From contig NC_092680.1 in NCBI RefSeq assembly GCF_964355755.1, forward strand, positions 14,455,045 through 14,519,044: a stretch of 64,000 nt of DNA, read 5' to 3'. The translations under genes and the position numbers were made by a program. A model generated the notes under the pieces. That model had not been told where the DNA came from. It was given only the letters and a program-made list of their open reading frames with translations, and did no database searches. Of this stretch, positions 28,034 to 39,600 are shown one piece after another. The stretch is from Antedon mediterranea (Eukaryota; Animalia; Echinodermata). Within the stretch, counting starts at the first letter, position 1, and each line of letters begins with the position of its first letter.

Positions 28034-29232
28034 TAGTTTCTAATATAATTATGTCTCCTCTTATTCTAAATGAGATTGATCCACTCCAATCTATTTAAGA
28101 TGCAGTACTCTCACTTATACATATGTTGTCGCAACACACAGATAGTTAGCGATGTTATGCTCGTGTTACCTTTAAGGATGTGTACTTGGCCCGTTGCTTT
28201 ATATCCTGTATACAAATGACTGTAAGTTCGGTACAAAATAATGTCACTACTTGAAATATGCAGATGATACTGCCATTGTTGGCTTGTTAAAGATAAAGAT
28301 AGAAATTCTGAAATATTTCATCACGAAGAAGTAAATGCTTTCTGTGAAAAGGACAATAGTCTAATTTTGAATGAAAAGAAAACTAGAGAGATGATATTTG
28401 ATTTCAGGAATAATTGTCTACAGTACCTATTGAACCACTCAATATAAATGGCTGTTATTGAAGTTGTAAATAATTACAAATATATAGGTATTACCATTGA
28501 CAATGAATTAAATTGGGTCGAACATTGTAAAAATACAATACGGAAAGGAAATATGCTGTTCTTTCTTTGGAAACTTAATAAATTTGAAGTGGACAAGTCA
28601 ATATTAAATTTGTTGTACTCATCAGTCATGGTTGGAAGTGTCATCGCTTTCTGCTGTGTTGTATAGTATGGAAAAGAGAGAAGAAGATAAAACTTCTATC
28701 CAACGCATTGTGAAGAAATTAATTATTCGCTGATATGTCATAAATGTATTAAATCGAAAACCACTAATATTCAGAAAGACGTAAACACCCGTTATAGTAA
28801 TTATCATAAAATGCGCTCTGAGAGAAATGATCTGTATAGATCTATCAGATGTAGAACCGAGAGATATAAAAGGTCCTTTGTTCCTTACTCGATCAGGTTG
28901 TATAACGCTGAATAATCTAGATTGAATCAATTAGGCATAGTAGCCTAAAGTCAGCATTTTTATTTTATTTTTTTAGCCAGTTTTTATTGCATATTTTAAC
29001 CAATTATTGGAACCAGTATATAATGTTTATAGTATTTTTGATGTTCTTATATGTTGCTTTTAAAATGTTGTATCCCTGACAGTAGTATTCATGTCTGTTT
29101 TTAATATATTGATTGTTTTAAATAATATAAATATTGTATATAGTAATAATTTTATTAATATACATTTTAACATTTTGAAAATGTACTCATATTATTTCCA
29201 TTTTAATTGGCAAAATAAAATTGTATCTTGAA

Positions 29233-32200
29233 TCTATATATAAATTTACGTAAGGGCAACATTCGGTAAATCGCGCGTAACTTCTGGAATTTTTACACGA
29301 TGGTATATAAAGTTGGTACATACTGTCGATACTGATTTTCAACACCTAATGAAAACCATGCCATAACACTAATTAAGTTATTAGTTAGATAATTAGTCAT
29401 TGACTATTATAACGAATTTAGGTTCAACTATTTGCCCCTAGGGGTGTTTTCTGATCGTGGTATACACTGTCTAATGGATGTCGATGCTGAAAAATACCCG
29501 CACACAAGAATACGAGGATTCTTCGCATTTACGATTTACGATCTTTCTATACGATAATTGTTGGAATAGTTGGAAACCGGTTGAACAGCTCGAGTGCAGC
29601 ATCATAATGTTGAAGACAGGCCGATTTTCTTTTGATAGATTTAATACACAATACTTACTTAATACATGTATACAAATGAGATTCAAGATTCAATTTATTG
29701 TCACATAATATTACATAGGCCTACATGATATTTGTTTCCTGAGCTAAGAAACATAGATACAATACAATTTAAAACACAATATAAAAACGTAACACCTAAG
29801 TTAACTAATTATCTTGAAAAATGTACATTATAGATGACAAGCATATGGGAAAAAAGAGTCTCTAAAACGGTTCGTTTTAACTGGCATTCTACCAGATCTA
29901 TTAAAACTTACAATTTAGTTTAATTTATTAAGAGTCGTTTAATTACAAAGATTACCTATACTTTCAATTTCTATGCCAATTATTTTACATGCTACTTTAG
30001 TTATTTTACAAATTTGATTGATGTTTTTCGTGGGTGTAATTAAATTTGAATACCATGCAATACAACAGAACGTCATAACAGATTTGATTATACTTTGGTA
30101 AAATAGGAACAGCGTGTCTTGTCCAACATTAAATGTCTTAAGCTTCCTAAGAAAAAGGCGTTGACTAGCTTTAGAATAGACACTGGGTATGCTTGTTCCA
30201 ACTAAATTGATCGTCTATAGTTACACCCAAGTATCTATTTGTGTTCTGTTGGCTAGATACGCATTCATTGGTAACAATATTAGTTGTTCTATATCTTTGT
30301 TGTTTCTCCTAAAGTCGAAAGTCATTTCTTTAGTTTTCTTAGCATTTATAAAGATGATTGTCAGAGCACCATTTAATAACATGAGCGACCTCATTTCTGT
30401 ACGCATTTTCATCATCATTAATTTAAGCCTTTGTAATAAATTACCATTCCTTAACATATACAGTATCATAGTATCTACATGAACATTCTAGAATAAGAGT
30501 AAGTTTAGATTTAAGAAACCATGTATAATTAATACAAGAACAATCAGGAACATTTCAGAATTATACTATTAATAGAAACTGTAATCTAATCCAATAGAAT
30601 AAGAAGTATAAGAAATGATCTAGAAGGTTTTGAACATATTGTATATAAGGGAAAGTATGACAATTGTAAGAGGGGAGAAGGATTTTTGATTGAAGCATTT
30701 ATTTTGAAGAAGGTTGGATATTAGAGGTTGGATATTAGATTGTAAAAGTTATTACATATTATGAAGCTGTTGTTTAAAGTGCTTACTGGATTGTTGAAAG
30801 TTGAAGTTGATTGGAATTAAAGCTTTGTTTTTTAGTTATTTTACAACTTTGTGGATTTTGTGTGTCACAAGGGAGTTCCTAAATTATTTTCAACCACTCG
30901 GAAACATACGTAAAGGGAGTTCGTGACTGCTCTGCATGTTACACACATATATCATCAGCAAACTTAAATATAATACAGGAACTATCAAAACATCTCAAAT
31001 TACACATGAAATATTAAAATCTTAACCCTTTGTGTTCGATTACTAATATAATCACTAATCCATAAAGATATATACAAGGATGTACATTTAGATTCCTAAG
31101 CTTAGCTACTAACATATGGTTGAATTGTGTTGAATGCTGAACTAAAGTCTAAAAATATAGTTCTGGCATAGGATTTAGCTTTGTCTAAATGAACCAAAAC
31201 AGGATGTAAAAAAGAAATCAGAGCGTTGTCAACACCTCCTTTAGCACAGTAGGCAAATTGACAAAGATCTGCAAACATCTGTGTCTGCCTAATTAAAATG
31301 TTCTATTCTATTATTTTCTCAAAACATTTCATAGTAACTGATGTCAAAGCTTTCGGTTTAGATGCCTTATTCAGAGGCGAAATATTAGCTGCTTTCCAAA
31401 AACTATTTAATGACCATTCAAAAAGATGTCCAAAAACTGGAGCTAATTCATGACAAAACATTTTCAGAACTTTCACGATATCAAATCTGGTCCGGATGCC
31501 TTTTTAGGTTCAATACATTTAAATAGTTGTTCTACTTCTGCTTTAGACACCTCCAATTTAACTGTATCCTTATTTATGTCGTTAGTAAGTAACAAATTTA
31601 TAGCTTCAAATTCATCATTAAAGTCAGTAGTATCAGGTCGATTAAAAAAGTGGTTTACAAATGTCAATGGTTCTACATCGTCTGGTATCATGACATCATT
31701 TCCAATTACCTTCTTCATCCCATGCGCATTTCGGATTACCACTCTTAAATTTATTTCTATTTTTTTAAACCAAATTTGCGTTTGTCTCGCTTAACCACTT
31801 TATCTATTTTGCGCTAAATCTTCCTCTTCTCATCTCCATTACTCTGCTTAATTGCTAGTTGTTTGAGTTTCAACAAATACTTGATATCTGTGCTACAGAA
31901 TCTGGTATATTTTTATTTTCTTTTTCTCAATTGTTGTAGACTCAGAATATATTGTGATATAACTGCTAACTACTACGGTGGCTTCTTCTAGTGTTGAGTT
32001 CTCAGTGAAGATATCCCAATCTGTCGTTTCCAGACAACATTTACGTCAGACCAAACTTTCACTTCTCTAATTACAGGCTTCTTTATGTATTGATTTGCGA
32101 TGAATGTAGCATTCTAATCTCAAATCTCCCAGCTTAATTTTTTTGGTTTACACATTTACAAATAGGTAAATTTATGGGCCATTGGGGGATAAACTTAAAA

Positions 32201-33335
32201 CCTTTAGATATAGTATTGCAATAACAATAATGTTAATACGTATTAATAATTTTGGTCGCCATTTGAATGGCAACTTTACTGTTAGATAATATAAACACAT
32301 ATACAAATAAACTTTATTACTTTGAGTGAGGATACTGTTATAAATATAAACAAATAATATACAAATAAATGTTATTACCCACAGTTGCTTCTCAAAGTTT
32401 GTATAAGTAATTAAAAAAAATTATAAACGCCGTAGTGATGTATCGTTACATGTACTTTTTACTATTTCAATCGTCTATGACAGTGACAGTTTGAACAAAG
32501 AATTAAATCGCAAATGTTTTACTGTATTTAGTGGTATTATTTATAGGCCTATAAAACACGAACAAAATATTTCGTTACTGAGTGGATAAAGAATATATTA
32601 AAAAATTGTTCCTCTTTGTACCGTACCCATCCTTTCCCTCATCTCTCAACCCTAATGTTACATACAAAACACAAATTGGGTTTGTTTATCAATTAGTCGA
32701 ATTTACAAAATACTAAAAATGTCAGCCGTAGATAGGCCTAATAAGCTTTCCGCTTGATATAGCTTCTGAATATAATTATAGTCCTCTGGGGATATAGCTG
32801 GCTAAAGGCGCGGCGCGAAAAGACACGTGTTCATTTAATTTAAATTCAAAGAATTTCAATACATTATTTTTCCGTGTGTTGGACATACAGTCCTCAGTCC
32901 GATCGTGACTTCACTTTGTGTTGATTCGCGTCAAGTCAACCAATCAAAAGACGAGAATAAAAAATCGTTCAACCATGAGCCCTCATATAGACTCTCTTTT
33001 CCCAGACGTTTTTTGGGTGCAGCAGCTTGGATCTATCAATTAGTCGAGTATACAAAATTCCGAAAATGTCAGCCGTAGATAAAAAGCTTTCAGCTTGATA
33101 TAGCTTCTATTCTGAATAAGTAGTCTTCTGGGAATATATCTGGATCATGGTTGCCTAAAGCCGGCCGCGGCGCGAAAATGTGGACTCATTTTGTGACAAA
33201 TTTCTCAGGGTGCTGTGTCTATTCGTTTCTGCGATACGTACATTAATTAAAGTCGCCAGTTTTGTTACTCTGAAATTACTGTGTATTCGAGAACCATCTG
33301 CGAGCGAAGCGAGCGTACCAACCACACACCATCTA
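29233..33335 (+). mobile_element. Non-autonomous Helitron-like element split by the LINE at 29680-32085
   Basis: Starts A|TCTATATATAAATTTACGTAAGGGC and ends CCATCTAG|T. Both halves align with the uninterrupted copy at about 61770-63048. Confidence 0.8.
29680..32085 (-). mobile_element. Decayed Rex1/L2-type LINE inserted in a Helitron-like element
   Basis: 'KASGPD', 'INAKKTKEMTFDFRR'; minus-strand 3' tail aataaattgaatcttgaatct at about 29680-29700. Confidence 0.85.
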
Positions 33336-33533
33336 GTAAATGCAAATATTGTGAACCTTTGTAAATATGTAATTAAATAAATAATATTATATACTGCCCT
33401 CAAACTAAATTAGTACAAGTGAGTTGAAAGGAGCACCATCTCTCGCTCGTCGTTGGTCAATTTCATTATGCGTATTTTATATTGTGAGAGAATTGCGTCC
33501 TCTCGGGTGTTGTCTTTCTACACTAGGAACAGT

Positions 33534-33644
33534 ATGGCGGACGAACAGATTATTACCGAAAAGGCACATTTAGCCGAGCAGCCTATAGTAGAAGTTATTA
33601 CCGATAAGGTGGAATCTGTACCGAATTCAATAGGCTTAGTAGAA
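33534..33644 (+). CDS. First coding exon of the DBD/PTS gene ([37 protein letters not shown])
   Basis: AGTATGG Kozak-like start in a CpG-richer island; 37 codons ending at a strong GAA|gtgagt donor. Confidence 0.72.
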
Positions 33645-36600
33645 GTGAGTTATGATATTATACACGACAATACACGACATGGAACACGATAAAATAAAAA
33701 AAAATTAAAATGGTTAGCTTTCACACAGGAGACCCCTCTGCTGTGACTGTGTGGTGGTTTGGCTAGAGGGCCAGGCCTCTAGCTAGCTAGGCTACTAGTA
33801 CTAGGTAGGCCTGAGGCTAGTAGGTGTGGACCAAGCTAGGCTAGGCTAAGAGGCCTAAGGCCTAGCCTATGGACTGGAACATCCTCTCAGTCTCACCTGT
33901 ATCCCAATGTCTCTTAGATTAGGCCCCTAGGTTACTTTAGTAATTGATTAGCCGGTTTGTTTACATACAGTGGTAGTGTGGTAGCAAGGAAGCCGCTCAC
34001 TCCGGCCGCCGTATCAGTTTAGCGCGATGTTATGCACTCCGGCCGCTATTTAATTCGACTTCCTGTGCAAAGGGGCCGTTTTAGTATGGAGCGCCCATAT
34101 CTACGTTTTCTATACTGTTCAGTGTTATAACAAATTCTTGGTGACCAAAAGAATTAAAAGAAAAAAGAATTTAAATGGAACTAGCCTAGCCTAGTTGAAT
34201 ATTTATTAGCAACAATTTTACTTTTTTCATTAACATTCAAAAAAGTTGGAACTGCTTTTTCTTTCAAACTTAACTTAACTTTTTCCTTTCAAATAATCAA
34301 ACACACGTCTAATTAATGCTTGAATAACAATATTTAATTTCTTTCTATGTACATTTTATAGCTTTACATTAACATTAAAAATTAGTTAAAAACCTTATTT
34401 TTATCTTGCCAGTACCCATACTTACTAATTATAGTTAATAACAATATGTAAAATATTAATAAATTTATTTCAAATAATCAAATATCCGTCTAATTAATGT
34501 TTATTTTGATTCTCTACAAAAAACGTGTCTCGGTTGTATGTACTGTAAAAGACTCATTGGGCGCTCCATAGCTGTGGCCGGAATGAATCGCGGCCGGATT
34601 GAAGCGCGGCCGGATTTAAGCGCGACCGGAGTGATCTGTATTCGGTAGCAATATGTTTTTGACAGTGGGACATCCTCTCATCTGTATGCAAATGATTGTT
34701 ACTTAATTGTGGTGTAATAGTAGGTGAGAACAATAACATGTTTGACAGGAGACAAATGTAATTTAAGTAAGATGTAAGATTTAATGTAAGACTTTGTTGA
34801 CAAAAGCAAAAGTCGTATGAACGGCTTATGAGTGGAGTTTTCCGTTAATATAGAGGTTCCCGTTTCTAAACACTGGTCGTTTCCCTTCTCCGTATGCTTT
34901 TGCCATTATTTCTCTGAGATTACGTTTCTTTTTAAGGTCAGTTTTTGGTAAGTCCTCTAGTACGAAGATCCCCTATTTTTCAACACATGACCTGTTTTGG
35001 CTTGCATCAGTACTTGGTAGCGCTGCGGTCGAAACAGAAATTTAGCGATAATATGTCTAGGTGTTCCGGTCGGTGAAGTACGGGGTTTGTCTGTACGGTG
35101 GGCATTTTTTACTGTAATGTTCGGTAGTTTTAGATCGTTCTTTATAATTTCATTGATTTTCTCAATTGGAATTTCATCTGTATTTTCTTTAGTTCCACCG
35201 AATCTCAAATTAAAACTTCTAGAGTATCTCTCAAGTTTGAGGATTTGATTTTGAAGTAATGTGACGTTGTTCCGGTCGGCGTCCATTGATGTCTTAACCG
35301 CTTCAATGTCCGTACAAAATGATACAATTTTCTTTTCTATCTCTACGATTGAATCACTAGTAAATGCGATCGATTTTTCTAGTTACGTTTGTTTATGTTC
35401 GATCTTGTCAATTCGACTTCCCATTTTGCCTCTGCAATGGGATTGGTAGCTATTTCATTACTTATTTCAACATTTCTGTTATGCCTAAAGACATTTTATA
35501 TTTATTTATGGATAGGTGAACATTTTACAGTCTACAGAATTATATATTATGTAAAATGTTCGGGTAGCTTCCATGCATGCGGCTTTTGGCCTTAATGGAA
35601 GTCTCCCTGGTCCTTTTGTATATTTTTTGCTTTGTATTTTTTTCCTTTATGGATCAAATAAACTGATTTGTGACTTGTGTGACTTAAGACACTTAATTTT
35701 TAACCCTGACTGAAGAGACAAGTTGTCAGAGGCTTTGATTCAGTACTGTATCTCAAGTAGTAGACAAATTGATCTATTGCGTACTTCAACCGACAACTTC
35801 AGCAGAACCCAATATTTTTGTAGGTACAGTACTCTGTTACTAGGCTACAGCAATATTAATTTCTTGGTTTCTCTTCCAGATTGATCCTCATACAGCTGTA
35901 GTGGTCGCTGATCCAGCAAGCCTGAACAATGTTGCAAGTCAGGTATGACTTTACTTCAGTTGTAAAATGATATTAAAGTTCCTCCTCCATCCTGGAGTCA
36001 GATATCATCATTTGTTGTGAGGCTCAAGTTTTTTTCTTGACCCAACAAGTTGCATGCTTGCTTTTTCACCAATCCTTATTATCAAACAAAAATTTGTTTA
36101 AAGCTTAAAAATTCTGGAAATTAGCATTAACTAAAATTAGTCTTAACCACCAAAGCTACAATTAAACCATGCAACTGATGAATGATTATGATGATGTAAT
36201 TTCAATCATGCATAGAGTAGAATGCCTGGCCAAACACTTTCATGTATAATGGTAGCAAGTTCAAAATACATTATGTCATTTCAATTTTTCGACAAACCAG
36301 AACTACATTACTTACTCGCCTAAAGAGCTCATTACTGCAAATTGTATTTTACTAGATGGTTCTTGAATACACTAGTAATTTCAGTGTTAAAAAACTGACG
36401 AGTAAATTAGCACCCCGAGAATTACTTCCGAAAGAGAAACTTGTCACAAAATAAGTTCAAATTTTTGAGTAAAATTTAAACAAACATTAGGGATAAGGAA
36501 GAGGATGTTTGCAAAATAAATATATTCTTTTATCCACACAATATACATATAAAAATAAACACAGTAAACATTTGTGATTTAATAATAATCTGTCATAGTC

Positions 36601-39600
36601 GATAGTAAAGTACAACGATACACCTCTACAATGTTTATATTTTTTGTAATTATTAATTAATACAAATGTTGAGAAGTTGAGTCAGTCAAAGTTTATTTGT
36701 ATACCCACACTCACAGTAAGAAATTTGCGCTTCAAATTGTATTTACAGTCAAAATTTGTTATACACTACTTATACAGTAGAACCTATGTTTTACGTACCC
36801 TGATTTTGCATTCCCTGGATTTTACGTATGCTTAAAATGACAGATGACGTCATCATTTTCTTACATTGAGGGCGCAATTTAACAACAACAAAGCACAAAG
36901 GCATGGCTGTGAGTAAGGAACTCTGCTGTGTGAGACAGCTACACGCATGCATTCCCCTTACAGCAGCGACTGTTTTTATTGATATAAAATACAAGAACAT
37001 TGATATTTTAATTTACACTTTATTTAAAAATTGCACAGCCTGTATATACTGTAGTTAGTTGCCTAGATTAGTCTAGGCAAGGCCTAGCTAGTAACCACCT
37101 GGATGCTGTACAGCCTTTTTAGCTACGATCTACGTATTTGGGGGTCAATTTAAAGTCAATTTTTACATACGCCTGGTAAAGGAATACATGACATGATGGT
37201 AACGGAATTACGCGTCTGATTATTGATTCGAATAGAACATCAAATAATAATTTTAATATTATGTTTTTTAGTGTTCTCATGGAACTTTAACAATGATTGA
37301 TGCCCATTTAAATTAAACCAGATTTTATAAAATCATCACATGAATTGGTTGAATCTACCTACTATAATAATAAAAAAAAATGCGCCTATCTGTGGTTTAC
37401 AGAGCTTAGTCAATATATGTATGATCTGTCCACTGTATTATTTAAGTCATTTACACTATAAACAAAATGTTCCAAATTTAAACATTTTAACAAATTGAAT
37501 TGTGAAGTTTAATTTTCATTGTCATATTCAAGAGCCTAGCCAAAATTTCTCTAATATTATCACTATTAAACTTTAACTGGCTTTTGTATACACTGTACAG
37601 TACTACAGCCATCATCAAACTACCGTGATCATTATTAAATATAAGTTTATTCACTACTGATTCAGATAGATCCTTAAAGTGGTGCCCGTAAAGGGAATGA
37701 ATTTTAATGATTTTAGCATAGATTGGAAATATAGTATCTACCATATACTGTACTGTGACTCTATACTAATTAAAATTACTATAGATTTGTTTTGGAATTG
37801 GATTCATTATTTATTAATTAATTGTTGATTAACTTCATTTAGAAACCATTTATACAGTACTAAAACATATGTATATAATAATTAAGGTTTATTACTTTAT
37901 ACATAACCCAATGTAATTCTGTTACCATGTAATAATACCATTAATTTATACCAAAATTTAATTATGTTACCCAGACTTTCTAAAAAGTTGTTGACTATTT
38001 TTTAGGGAAATCTTGAAAACATTTTTTTTAGATATTGTCCTCCAAAATTGGTCTTTTTGTGCTCGTTTTTTCCAAAAAGGTCCTGTCTTTTATTATGATT
38101 CGTAACTTTTGAACTTTTGCATTGCATAGAATGTATGTATTTTAGTAAGATTATTTATATTGACAGTCGGTATTTCTGAAATACAACATAAAATATTGTT
38201 AAAAAATGTTTCAACAAGATCTTTCCAGACATATAATTTTTATTCACATGGGTACTGTACATAAGAAATAATATATTTTTAACTTTAAACTTTTTCAAAT
38301 TTCATGATTCGTACCTTTTATTTTTGTTCTGTACCATCTAGTCTATATATAAATTTATGTAAGGACAAAATTCGTGGAATACTGGTATTAGTGACCATTC
38401 TATCATCATTCGTCATCGTAGCCCTGTTACCTGCTAAAACTGCAACATGTACTGTATGCCCATAAAGCTAAATTGTGCAAAAAAACTGTCTACTAAGATG
38501 AAGGCAAAGCAAATGAAGCCGAAGATGCTAAATTTGAACTAGATTTAATGGCTAAATTGTAAAATTGATAACAAGGAAGTCACTATAGATGGTTATAATA
38601 TATGAATGTAGATTAGATAGATCAAACTGTAGATCAGATGTTGGTGTTTTATTTTATATTAAATCGGGAATCGTATTTAAAGAATTAAGTACCTTAATAA
38701 AGAGAAGATGATGTTGAAGCACTCTAGATAAATTAACCCACTCCAGTAAACCTATGCTTCTTGATACGATATACAGACCACCAAGTACCACATCTGAATA
38801 TTTATGTAAATTAGGTACCATGTTTCAAAATTGTACTATGCTTTAGGAATCTATGAGCACTTACTGTAGATAAGGCAAAGATCGTTGTTTATTGACAGTT
38901 CAGCTTTCAATACTATTCCACCAAGTGTACTACTGTATTGAGGAAGCTGATAAACAATGAATGTAAATCCTTATTTTATTTTCAAAACACACTTTATGAA
39001 CAATTTAAGACCAATTTTAAGTGTGTAGGACATAAAGGTCAGAGCTCAATATTTAGAAAAATGACCTTTCCTGCCATTTTTTGACAACATTTTTATTAGA
39101 GAAAATAGAAATATATGTTGTATACAATTTAAGACCAAATAGAAGCCTCTACAGTTGTCATGTATAATATAATCAAGTCTTCTTTAGTCTGTATACATCT
39201 ATGACCTACGCTGCTCTCTTACAAATTCCTAAAAATACAAAAATCGCAGATTACTCATTCTTGTGATTTAAACTGTATTCTTTGATTTCAGTTTTCCAAC
39301 AGACAGTGCAGTCTATTAATTTAAAGACAGTTTACCTATGTTTTTTACATCTAATTTAAGGGCACAAACTAGTATATTTTATGCAAAAATAAATAATATA
39401 TTGACCAACTGTTACGATAATTTTTTCCATCTCGAGTGGTTACAAATATGTGAAAAAAAAAGATTCTAATAATTTAAAAGAGAAAATTCAACTCGAGCTA
39501 CATAGGTAGTGTATTGTTTTTCTCTTGTTATCATAATTAACCTTAGAACATACATTTAAGGCAAGGAATGACCTGGTTTAATGTTATACTGTATATGCAT

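Larger units (their letters stand above)
22670..29232 (+). mobile_element. Decayed Rex1/L2-type LINE interrupted by nested insertions (5' limit uncertain)
   Basis: 'NDYRPVA...KCLEKIV' at 26.5 kb, then YADD and KTREMIFDFR-like sequence at 28.25-28.4 kb, and 3' tail aataaaattgtatcttgaatct. The RT part (25.7-29.2 kb) is well supported; the link to the 22.7 kb segment is weaker. Confidence 0.75.
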
